Assembly (NCBI GenBank): GCA_041242255.1
Contig: JBESAV010000001.1
Location: 1-64,000, forward strand
DNA from: Candidatus Altimarinota bacterium
GTDB taxonomy: Bacteria; Patescibacteriota; Gracilibacteria; UBA1369; GCA-2718715
Direction: 5' to 3'
Length of the DNA stretch: 64,000 nt
Made by a program: the position numbers and the translations under genes. This document shows positions 36,138-45,047 of this stretch, piece by piece; the stretch's first letter is position 1; each line of letters starts with the position of its first letter. A model generated the notes under the pieces. That model saw nothing but the letters and a program-made list of their open reading frames with translations. It was not told the origin of the DNA and ran no database searches.

Positions 36138-37928
36138 TTAGTTACTTACATTTAGTTTTGCTCTATCAGAACAAATCAATTCATTTGTATCAATATCTCT
36201 CAATTGCACTTGAACTTCATATCCACCATCAGCGATTACACCAGCACCTGGGAAATTACCAGTCCAGTAATAAACATGATTAGTGTTTCTATTTAGATTT
36301 CTGTTCACAAGTACAGATTCATCTCTAGCAGCATCAATAAATCGAATCTGAGCATTAACCATTGCATCAGTATAATCTCCGATCCCATAGCTAATCACCA
36401 AAGTCTCATCACTTGGATCAAAAGTTGCAGAACTCAAAGAGATATCACAACTTAATACAACTAAATCATCGTCATCAGTTGGTTGATCAGTTGAATCATC
36501 ACCAGTAGAGTTATCGTTATTAGTTGTCGAATCATCATTATTGGTAGTCGAATTGTCGGAATTATCAGTACTAGAATTATCAGTTGTTGAATTATCACTA
36601 TTATCTACATTTGTTGTAGAGTTATCTGAGTTATCAGCATAGTAGTAAGAATAGTAATAATCGTAGTCGTAATTATAGTTGTAAGTATAATTAGTAGTAT
36701 CATCATCTGAATAATTGTAATCACTTGTGTAGTTATAATTCACAGTGTCATCATCAGAGTAAGAGAAATCAACATCATTATTCACAGTATCATTACTATC
36801 ATCAGAGTCAGAATCTGGATTATCAGAATCATCTGAGTTATCAGCTACATCACCATTTGAAACAATGTACACTCTCTCAGAATCACTACATGTCCAGTTG
36901 TAACCTAAATCAACTACAGAAATTTCAATTGTATACCATCGACCATCTCTTAAAACATCATTATTTTCATCTTCACCGTCCCAGTAGTATGTATAATCAT
37001 CATTACTGTCAATTCTAACAGTTCGAATTTTAGTCACATTTCCATATGAATCCTCAGCCGTAATATTTGCTTCTAGCCTCATATCACCTATAGTATCAGT
37101 TTCAAAATCTATTCTGAGGTTTTCATAAGTAGGATCAAAGTCATTATCTCTTATATCAATCTCACATGAAATTACACGATCAGAATCATAATCACGTCTT
37201 CCACCTTCATACACATCATCATTTCTGTCAGTAATGTACTCAAGTCTGTAAAGCATTTCAGCAACCTCACCACGAGTCATAGACTCTTCTGGTAAGTAGT
37301 AGAAAGCATCAACCTCATCTATAGATCTCGCTGGAATAGCATGGTAAAGACCTACAGTATTTGATCTAGAAGCGTAGTCTACAAATGGGTAAAACCATTT
37401 TCTAAAATTGTTATCTACAATTCTAAATTGGTATTCATCAATTTCAGGTAAATCACCATCATTGAAGTAAAGTGAAGCCATTTTAATTGCTTCCGCTCTT
37501 GTAACACAGTTTCCAGGTTTGAAAGAACCATCTTCATATCCTCTAACTACACCTTGGTAAGTAGCTTCAACTACATATGGATAAAACCAATCTCCAGGGA
37601 ACACGTCACTATAGTGAACAGTGTTGTAGTAAGGGTAATCCAAAACATCGTCCTCAGTATTTGCAACTTCGAACATCATTTTTAAGAACTCTGCTCTGTT
37701 TACACAGATATCAGGTCTAAAGTTTCCATCTGAATATCCAGAAACAAACTGATTATCTCTCATCCAGTAGATAGAATCATAGTAAGGATAAGAATTTGGT
37801 ACGTCATAGAAACTCGCGTCTCCATAACCATTGTAATAGTTTTGACCGTAACCATAGTAATCAGCACTAGCAAACAAAGCTGGTACAATTACCATAACCG
37901 CCAAAACAGTTGATAGTAACTTTTTCAT
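36138..37928 (-). CDS. SLH-domain surface protein with two Ig-like (FlgD-like) domains and a D/N/S/T/Y low-complexity linker
   Basis: Signal peptide; GYSDGNFRPD..VNRAE, GYEDGSFKPG..VTRAE, MTRGE SLH motifs; duplicated SC.I....FDP...YYW.G...DG..Y domain. Confidence 0.85.
   Translation of the reverse strand: MKKLLSTVLAVMVIVPALFASADYYGYGQNYYNGYGDASFYDVPNSYPYYDSIYWMRDNQFVSGYSDGNFRPDICVNRAEFLKMMFEVANTEDDVLDYPYYNTVHYSDVFPGDWFYPYVVEATYQGVVRGYEDGSFKPGNCVTRAEAIKMASLYFNDGDLPEIDEYQFRIVDNNFRKWFYPFVDYASRSNTVGLYHAIPARSIDEVDAFYYLPEESMTRGEVAEMLYRLEYITDRNDDVYEGGRRDYDSDRVISCEIDIRDNDFDPTYENLRIDFETDTIGDMRLEANITAEDSYGNVTKIRTVRIDSNDDYTYYWDGEDENNDVLRDGRWYTIEISVVDLGYNWTCSDSERVYIVSNGDVADNSDDSDNPDSDSDDSNDTVNNDVDFSYSDDDTVNYNYTSDYNYSDDDTTNYTYNYNYDYDYYYSYYYADNSDNSTTNVDNSDNSTTDNSSTDNSDNSTTNNDDSTTNNDNSTGDDSTDQPTDDDDLVVLSCDISLSSATFDPSDETLVISYGIGDYTDAMVNAQIRFIDAARDESVLVNRNLNRNTNHVYYWTGNFPGAGVIADGGYEVQVQLRDIDTNELICSDRAKLNVSN
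36460..36850 (-). repeat. Low-complexity coding repeat (DNSTT / YSDDDT-NY / Y-x alternating tract)
   Basis: Translation ...YSDDDTVNYNYTSDYNYSDDDTTNYTYNYNYDYDYYYSYYYADNSDNSTTNVDNSDNSTTDNSSTDNSDNSTT...; bounds approximate. Confidence 0.8.
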
Positions 37929-38006
37929 TTTTTGATTGTTAATTAAAAGTTAGAGCTGATTATATAAAAAATAAACTTTTTGTCAACATCATCTTCCATC
38001 CGACTT

Positions 38007-38636
38007 CTACTTCTCCAAACCAATTGCCCCCTCAGCCTTCAACACACCTACTAAATCACCACACATAAATTCAAATTGGCTAGCTTCATACAGTTCATGC
38101 AGAGGAGACATAACTAAACGAGCATAGTTTGAAACAAAGGCTTCATACTCATCTGTTACTCTATGATTTTTAGGCAGTTCATTTGAAAAAGGATTATAAC
38201 CCAAAGACTTCTCCACAGCTTTATTTAAAGTAAAATAAAAAACTCTTTCATCATCAACTGGGAAAAAATCTCTAGAAGTTACCACTATCATATTATTAGG
38301 AGCAAATCTAAAATAATTTTCAGGATAATACTTCGAAACAGCAAACCAGAAAAAATCACCCACACCTGGAAATCTCACTAAAGCCCTTTCATTATTCCTA
38401 GTAAAAGGCAATAAATTTCTAGCAAAAACCTCATACCCGTCAGCCCTAAAGTCATCAAAAGATTCATACTCAGGCATTGCAAAAACTTTTGCAAGCTTCT
38501 TCTGCATGTTCTGTCTTATCTTCTCATTATACTCAACCAACTTATTCCTAACATAACCATCATCAAAACCATCACTTAAATAAGAGATATCTGCATTTTG
38601 AAAGGATGCAAATGGACAAACTGATTCCCTAAACAT
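38007..38636 (-). CDS. Hypothetical protein
   Basis: 209-aa ORF with minus-strand-typical composition; no recognisable motif. Confidence 0.65.
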   Translation of the reverse strand: MFRESVCPFASFQNADISYLSDGFDDGYVRNKLVEYNEKIRQNMQKKLAKVFAMPEYESFDDFRADGYEVFARNLLPFTRNNERALVRFPGVGDFFWFAVSKYYPENYFRFAPNNMIVVTSRDFFPVDDERVFYFTLNKAVEKSLGYNPFSNELPKNHRVTDEYEAFVSNYARLVMSPLHELYEASQFEFMCGDLVGVLKAEGAIGLEK

Positions 38637-38681
38637 ATCACTTATTTACAAGAAACCACAGTACCAGCCATACAGTATCTG

Positions 38682-39320
38682 TCAACCTCTACGCCTAAAC
38701 TTAAAATACAAAAACCCAACAACAACCACTAAAACTACCGCCAACTTCAAAATACTCTCCAAGCTACTCATCCCCTCCATCAAACCACCAGCACTTTCTA
38801 GTCCATAGTACCCAACCATTATAAAAAATAAATTCCTCAATATATTCCCAAAGAAAGTCGCCAGCACATACACTTTAAAATTCACCTTCACAAATCCAGA
38901 CATAACACTCACTACAGCACTAGACATAACGGGAGTTGCCCTAAGCACAAACAAAACTCCAAAATTAACCCATAAATTCTCACCCAACTTTGCCCCAAGT
39001 TTCTCTACATCCTCATGACTAACTCCCAGAAACTTCCCAAATCTCCCCATAAAAACATCCTCAAATTTATCAACCAAAAAATACAATATCATCGAAGCGA
39101 CAAGCTTTGCCACAGAAGCCAAAACAGCAACCCACACCAGATAAACAAACCCATTTCCAGCAACTTCAGCCAAACTACCAGCAGTCCCCAAAACCAATGG
39201 AGAAGGAATCGGCGCCAAAATCTCCTCCAAAAAACCACCAGTCAAAACAAACAATTCAATCGAAACTTTCTCCGACAATTCCAGCAACCACCCTTCCACA
39301 ACACCCAAAATATCTCCCAT
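38682..39320 (-). CDS. DedA/VTT (SNARE-associated) family membrane protein
   Basis: FLEEILAPIPSPLVL..AG, LRATPV, FFGNILRN. Confidence 0.88.
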   Translation of the reverse strand: MGDILGVVEGWLLELSEKVSIELFVLTGGFLEEILAPIPSPLVLGTAGSLAEVAGNGFVYLVWVAVLASVAKLVASMILYFLVDKFEDVFMGRFGKFLGVSHEDVEKLGAKLGENLWVNFGVLFVLRATPVMSSAVVSVMSGFVKVNFKVYVLATFFGNILRNLFFIMVGYYGLESAGGLMEGMSSLESILKLAVVLVVVVGFLYFKFRRRG

Positions 39321-39417
39321 ATAAATTTTTATCTACACAGATTATATACATTCAGACCCAAACAGTCATTAATATAATTGTTAATAAATGTTATAATTAA
39401 AAGATTTAAAATAAATC

Positions 39418-40281
39418 ATGGAAATACCTATTCCAAACTATGAAAATCAAAGAGAGTTTTTCTCTAGATTTATAACTCTTACTTATCGTAATGTCAGAGT
39501 TCAAGGCCACCCTGAAGAATTTGAAAACATAGATGAAATTTTAGAATTCTTTCTACAAAAATACCCAACCTCACTCCCAAAAATAGAAGAATTACAACAA
39601 AACCTTCAAAATCAATCTTTCAACCCTGAAGACCTTACAAACATAGCTCATCTAATAGAAGCATATATAATCGGTAGCTTTGACTCTAAACAAACCCAAT
39701 CAATCCTTTTCGCACTTTCTTTAGAGCCTAACCCCTTCCAGGATGTAATGACTTTAAGAATAAAAAAACTAAAACAGCTTCAAGAACTTTCAGAATCATA
39801 TGAAGTTAATTTAGACCCAACTATTCTAAATCAAAGAAGAGATATACGCGAAAAAATAACTTCTTTTTTAACAAAAAAAGTATCAAACAATCATATTTTA
39901 AATCATATCTTTCTAAAAAGAATTGCCCGAAAACCTTTTATTAAGTTCACAATACACAGTCTGGAACAAATACTAAACCAACAACATTTTGGAGATTATT
40001 TCGACGAACAAAAATCTCGTATACTACTCCATAGAGAGTTAATTAGTCTGCTAGAAAACCCAAAAAAACTAAATCAATTTATAACAATAATGGAACATCA
40101 CCCTGATAGAGAAATTTTCATATCTCCTAACTTACATTTATCAAGTAAAGACTATAGAAAACTTATTACACTTATAAAGTATGAACCAGAAGGAGCACTG
40201 ACCCATACAAAAAAAGCCCCACAAGGCCAACTGTCACTTTCAGACCAACATGGAGCTATAACTCAAGTTGATAAAGACTAA
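39418..40281 (+). CDS. Hypothetical helical protein
   Basis: 287-aa ORF; no motif recognised. Confidence 0.65.
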   Translation: MEIPIPNYENQREFFSRFITLTYRNVRVQGHPEEFENIDEILEFFLQKYPTSLPKIEELQQNLQNQSFNPEDLTNIAHLIEAYIIGSFDSKQTQSILFALSLEPNPFQDVMTLRIKKLKQLQELSESYEVNLDPTILNQRRDIREKITSFLTKKVSNNHILNHIFLKRIARKPFIKFTIHSLEQILNQQHFGDYFDEQKSRILLHRELISLLENPKKLNQFITIMEHHPDREIFISPNLHLSSKDYRKLITLIKYEPEGALTHTKKAPQGQLSLSDQHGAITQVDKD

Positions 40282-40625
40282 GCTTCATCGTCCTTAACCA
40301 ATCCTGACAATACAGCCATTATCAAACTCATCACAAAAGATAAAAGTACAGCTGACCAGAAACCTCCCAGACTAAATCCACTCACGAGCTCATCCACGAG
40401 CATTAGCAGTAAAGCATTTAAAACCACTCCAAACAGCCCAAGAGTCAAAAGGTTAATTGGCAAAGTCAAAAGCTTTAAAACTGGTTTTAAAGTTATATTT
40501 ATAAGTCCCAAAACCAAAGCTACAACAAGCGCTACACCAAATGACTCAACACTAGCTCCAGGCAAAACATACGCTCCACCCAAAACAGATAATGCTGAAA
40601 ATAACCATGTTAACAAAAGTCCCAT
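40278..40625 (-). CDS. YvlD-like 4-TM membrane protein (phage holin superfamily IV)
   Basis: ALVLGLINITLKPVLKLLTLPINLLTLGLF..VLNA. Confidence 0.9.
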   Translation of the reverse strand: MGLLLTWLFSALSVLGGAYVLPGASVESFGVALVVALVLGLINITLKPVLKLLTLPINLLTLGLFGVVLNALLLMLVDELVSGFSLGGFWSAVLLSFVMSLIMAVLSGLVKDDEA

Positions 40626-40645
40626 AAAAATTATTTAAATTCTAT

Positions 40646-41860
40646 CTATATCTTATAGGATTTCAGCCTCCCATCAAACAGTTCACATAACCAAAACGGT
40701 AAGAAGTAGTACCATTTCCTTACTACATCAGCTTTAACAACCTCACACCCACCATCTCTCTCAAACCATTCATCCTCTCGAAAAGATCGAATAAACTCTA
40801 CATCCTCTTTATTTTTAGCAATCAAAGTTAGGTCAATCTCAGAATCTACTCCAAACGACCTATCTGCCAAATTAGAAGATCCGATCTTCAAATACTTATC
40901 ATCCACAATCATAACTTTTCCATGAATATAAACAGGTTCTTTCTTACTATTAAACAAATTATAAAAGTAGTCTCCACCGAGTAACTTCATATTTTTGTAT
41001 GTAATTTTATCAATTGTAGCTTTGGCAAGCCAGTGCCTCGACCTAACCGGCAACATAATTTTCAAATCACCCTCTGGATTCTCCTGTTTCCACTCTTTCA
41101 GTTCCCGCCTTACTTCTTCTGATGCAAAGTATTGATTCTGAATATAAATCAAATCTTTAGCCTGCTCAATCAACTCAAGGGTAATATTTTTCACATGATC
41201 TTTAGAGGAGTAATCATAAGCCTCAAACATATTTTCTGAAACCAAAAAATCTCCAACTCGAAAACCATAATCAACTTCCAATCTATCAGACTTATCAAAT
41301 TTCAACTTTTCATTAATATCAAGATATTTACCCCATCTTTTCAGAATGTAATTTTTAAAAAAATCAACAATTTCCTTCCCTCTCAAAATCCAATGAGTAT
41401 CCTGAAACTTATTATCCAAATGTTTTCGATCATCCTCCCTCCCTTCAACAATATCCATTCCACCAGTAAACAAAAGCTCCCCATCTACGCAAACAACTTT
41501 TGCATGATGACTTCCACCAAAAGGAAAATCCGTTGCAAGCCTATAAACTATATTAGACCTATTCTTAAGCTTCCTAACAGCATTAAACTTCTTAAAAGAA
41601 AGACCCAATCGAACTCCAGACCAAATCAATAAATACAATTTATAATTTTCATTTTCTTGAAACTTCTTCTCAAACAAATCTCTAAAAGTCTTACCTTCAG
41701 AGTATTCAGTATCAAAATCAAAATCCCAGCCAATCACCACAGTATAGTTACTAGACCTATCTATAGCTTCAGCTAAAACACTATAATATTCCTTAGTTGT
41801 CTTCAATACACCGTACTCAACTCCACAAATCTCAGTCCCAAGATTCGTATTAATTTTCAT
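40646..41860 (-). CDS. Phospholipase D family protein with two HKD motifs
   Basis: IGWDFD, SHHAKVVCVD..FTGGMD, IYIQNQYF, YIHGKVMIVDD..IGSSNL..RS..DSE; start placed at MKINT. Confidence 0.92.
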   Translation of the reverse strand: MKINTNLGTEICGVEYGVLKTTKEYYSVLAEAIDRSSNYTVVIGWDFDFDTEYSEGKTFRDLFEKKFQENENYKLYLLIWSGVRLGLSFKKFNAVRKLKNRSNIVYRLATDFPFGGSHHAKVVCVDGELLFTGGMDIVEGREDDRKHLDNKFQDTHWILRGKEIVDFFKNYILKRWGKYLDINEKLKFDKSDRLEVDYGFRVGDFLVSENMFEAYDYSSKDHVKNITLELIEQAKDLIYIQNQYFASEEVRRELKEWKQENPEGDLKIMLPVRSRHWLAKATIDKITYKNMKLLGGDYFYNLFNSKKEPVYIHGKVMIVDDKYLKIGSSNLADRSFGVDSEIDLTLIAKNKEDVEFIRSFREDEWFERDGGCEVVKADVVRKWYYFLPFWLCELFDGRLKSYKI

Positions 41861-41896
41861 ATATAATAATAAACACAACTAGAGTATACTATATTA

Positions 41897-42607
41897 CTAA
41901 CTACTCAAAGTCTCTAGCTTCCCTTTAAAAATATTCTCATCTAAAGATTTCATCAAATAACTCCCCGAAACTATAAAATCAGCCCCAGCCTTCCTTACAG
42001 CCGAAATAGTTTCCTTATTCACTCCTCCATCCACAGATAAAAGAACCCCAGATTCTCCCAAAATCTCTCTAACTCTTGCAACTTTAGCCACACATTTCCC
42101 AATCATTTTCTGACCACTAAAACCAGGCCAAACAGTCATAACTAAAACCTTATCCACCAACCCCTCTTCTAGCAAAGGTACTAATACCTTTTCAGATGTA
42201 TCAGGATTAATAACGACAGTCGTCAAAAACCCTAACCCAGAGATCTTAACCAAATCACCTCTCAATTTTTCCATATCGACTCTCTCCTTCTTATCCATAT
42301 AGATTTCAATGTGAACTCCATACCAATTCCTTCCAAACTCAAACTCGCCCACATTAAAAATCTCAGCAAACCTTTCTACATAGTCCATGGGTTTCTCAAC
42401 CATCATATGTATATCTACTGGCACATCAATATTCCCAGACACACCTTTAAACACATCAGGCCCAAAAGTTAAATTAGGCGCAAAGTGCCCATCCATTACA
42501 TCTATATGCATAACTCTAAGGCCCCACTTTGAATACTTATCAAATTCAGACCTAACACCTGATAAATCAGCTGACAACAATGATCCTGCTACAATCACAT
42601 CTCTCAT
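41897..42607 (-). CDS. rpe: Ribulose-phosphate 3-epimerase
   Basis: SLLSAD, HIDVMDGHFAPNLTFGP, DIHMMV, MTVWPGFSGQ, VDGGV. Confidence 0.96.
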   Translation of the reverse strand: MRDVIVAGSLLSADLSGVRSEFDKYSKWGLRVMHIDVMDGHFAPNLTFGPDVFKGVSGNIDVPVDIHMMVEKPMDYVERFAEIFNVGEFEFGRNWYGVHIEIYMDKKERVDMEKLRGDLVKISGLGFLTTVVINPDTSEKVLVPLLEEGLVDKVLVMTVWPGFSGQKMIGKCVAKVARVREILGESGVLLSVDGGVNKETISAVRKAGADFIVSGSYLMKSLDENIFKGKLETLSS

Positions 42608-42616
42608 CTCAAAAAA

Positions 42617-43033
42617 TTACTTTTTAGCTTTCATTACTCCGTATACAAGTTTTCTCAATGACTCAACATCTTCATTTTCACAAGGAATAGTCATCAAATT
42701 TATATCACCCATATCAAATTCTGAATCAACCAAATCTTCCGGAACACAAGCCATAACAGGCTTAATCCCATCCATGTCAATCACGGCTTGATGCATCTTG
42801 GATGCTTCGTTTGAATAACTCAATAGAATTCCAATCGAATCAGGATTTTGAATTACCTTCTCCCCAAGCTCCCTAGCCAAAACAGTACAATCAACCTGCT
42901 CCTCAATATCAAAAATACCAAGATCAACCACCGTCAGCTCATCATGATTCCTAAAAAACTCAAACAATTCTCTTTTCGCCCCATACCCTTGAGCATCACT
43001 ACCAATATAAACCTTCTTATAATGAAATTTCAT
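42617..43033 (-). CDS. RpiB/LacAB-fold protein lacking catalytic residues
   Basis: VYIGSDAQGY..K, VVDLG, GILL fit the RpiB fold, but SDH and CGTG are replaced; lies next to rpe. Confidence 0.7.
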   Translation of the reverse strand: MKFHYKKVYIGSDAQGYGAKRELFEFFRNHDELTVVDLGIFDIEEQVDCTVLARELGEKVIQNPDSIGILLSYSNEASKMHQAVIDMDGIKPVMACVPEDLVDSEFDMGDINLMTIPCENEDVESLRKLVYGVMKAKK

Positions 43034-43073
43034 CTAATCTAATTAACTATCTATATATTCTATCACATTTTAC

Positions 43074-44477
43074 CTATTTCTTCACACTCAAAAGCGGTTC
43101 AGCATCAAAATAGTCTCTTCCACTCACCACCTCATAAAAAATATCTACCAATTTATTCACCTTCTCCTGACTATCTGATTCAAACCTCAAAGTCACATTC
43201 GGTGAAGTGTTTGAAGCTCTAAACAACCCCCAAGTATTTTCATCCAGCTCTACAAAAGCTCCATCGATCTCTTTCACATTCAGCCCCTTATCCTTAAATT
43301 CAGCAACCGCTTCAGCCACAAAATCAAACTTTTTATCATCCGGACAACTCAATCTCAACTCAGGCGAACTAACCATCTCCGGCAAACTATCAAACCATTC
43401 CCCAAGAGTCATATCCATTTCCGAAACAATCTCTATCAACTTCAAAGCAGCCAAAAAAGCATCATCATAACCATAATAATTCTCCGCAAAATAAAAGTGA
43501 CCACTCACTTCCCCACCAAGTATTGCCTTATCAGGATCAACTCTCTCTTCAATGTACGAGTGCCCAACTCTAAATCTAACCGGCACTCCTCCACATTTTT
43601 TAATGTGGTTTTCAAGTACCTTAGAACAAGTCACATCAAACACCACTTCACTTCCAGGCAAACGCCCTAAAACATCTTCCGCAAACAAAGCCAAAACCTT
43701 ATCTGCCACATGAAATCTTCCTTTCTCATCCACAACTCCCAGCCTATCTCCATCACCATCAAAACCAATTCCTATATCAGCTCCAACCTCAACCACTCGA
43801 GCCTTTAAATCTTCCATATTTTTCTCTTTTTGTGGATTAGCTTCATGATTTGGGAAATTCCCATCAACTTCTTCAAACATCACCTCAAGATCAACAAACT
43901 CACTTTCAAACATTTTCCTAGCCCAAGCTCCAGCCACTCCATTCCCTGTATCCATCACCACTTTCAACGGCTTATCAATAGTAACTTTCGACCACAACAC
44001 TCTATAAAACTCTTCAAAAACTGACTCTTCATTATACTTCCCATCTCCGACTTCAAAATCATCCGCCTCAATCAAATCAGGAAACTTCTGCAACTCATCA
44101 GCAAACACACTATGAGCCATAGTATCCACAAATTTCACCCCGTTATCTTGCTTTTGATTATGTGATGCAGTCACATTTGAACCACAATCAAATCTATCCA
44201 AACATGAAGCAAAATAAACCATCGGCGAAGTTGCCAACCCAATATTCGTAACATTCAAACCTGTAGATAAAACTCCCTTGATAAATCTCTCCTGAAACTC
44301 AGGCGAAGTAATCCTCCCATCTCTACCACAAACCATTTGCTTCCTACCTTTCCTCACAAAGTAAGTCCCGGCAGCCTTTCCAATCAACTCCATAATCTCA
44401 GGGGTCAAATCAGGCTCATTCCCCATCGCCAAAGCTCTTATGTCATATGCTCTAAACAAATTCCTATCAATTTTCAT
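43074..44477 (-). CDS. Phosphomannomutase/phosphoglucomutase
   Basis: FRAYDIR, TASHN phosphoserine motif, FDGDGDR, GEVSGH, RASNTSP. Confidence 0.96.
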   Translation of the reverse strand: MKIDRNLFRAYDIRALAMGNEPDLTPEIMELIGKAAGTYFVRKGRKQMVCGRDGRITSPEFQERFIKGVLSTGLNVTNIGLATSPMVYFASCLDRFDCGSNVTASHNQKQDNGVKFVDTMAHSVFADELQKFPDLIEADDFEVGDGKYNEESVFEEFYRVLWSKVTIDKPLKVVMDTGNGVAGAWARKMFESEFVDLEVMFEEVDGNFPNHEANPQKEKNMEDLKARVVEVGADIGIGFDGDGDRLGVVDEKGRFHVADKVLALFAEDVLGRLPGSEVVFDVTCSKVLENHIKKCGGVPVRFRVGHSYIEERVDPDKAILGGEVSGHFYFAENYYGYDDAFLAALKLIEIVSEMDMTLGEWFDSLPEMVSSPELRLSCPDDKKFDFVAEAVAEFKDKGLNVKEIDGAFVELDENTWGLFRASNTSPNVTLRFESDSQEKVNKLVDIFYEVVSGRDYFDAEPLLSVKK

Positions 44478-44649
44478 AAAATAATCTTAAAAACCACTAA
44501 TTAAACTCAGCTTATACCCCCCACCAAAATCCTCAAGAACATACCCTTGACCAAGCCTCAATAAAAATGGACAACAACTTAGAATCTTCGTTAATTTACA
44601 CATAAGTAAAAAAATGTTAAAATAATATGATTTACATTAATAAATTCAC

Positions 44650-45021
44650 ATGAATCAAAAACAAAAAACACTATCAGCTTTTCTAGCTGGTTTAGTAATT
44701 GCAGGGCTTGCTTTTGTAATGATCCCAGCAACTGGACTACAAGGTACACTTAGAACAAGTACAGCACCAAATCTAGAATCTATAGATTTCAACAAATCAT
44801 GCTCACTTACAAACTGTGATTTGTTAGAAGAAATCCTTAAAGCTTTAGGTAAAACTAACTCAGGTGTCGATACTATGACAGGATTCACACACACATTTAC
44901 AGCATTTACTCAAGACTTCCATGTATTTACAAGAATCATGCTTGAAGAAATGGGTCTTGTAGAAAAATACGAAGAGATGAAAAAACAATCAATGGAAGAA
45001 TCAAGATCTTCTAGAAGATAA
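44650..45021 (+). CDS. Hypothetical membrane-anchored protein
   Basis: N-terminal TM helix (AFLAGLVIAGLAFVMI), CxxxxC pair, helical tail. Confidence 0.7.
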   Translation: MNQKQKTLSAFLAGLVIAGLAFVMIPATGLQGTLRTSTAPNLESIDFNKSCSLTNCDLLEEILKALGKTNSGVDTMTGFTHTFTAFTQDFHVFTRIMLEEMGLVEKYEEMKKQSMEESRSSRR

Positions 45022-45047
45022 TCTACTTCAACACTAAAGCCTAAGTC

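Noticed and set aside
35876-36283. 135-aa ORF from the track
   Set aside because: It runs through a terminator and tRNA-Arg(TCG); spurious
40278-40625. Prophage lysis cassette
   Set aside because: The holin-family protein is the widespread chromosomal YvlD type; no endolysin, integrase or structural phage genes are in the window
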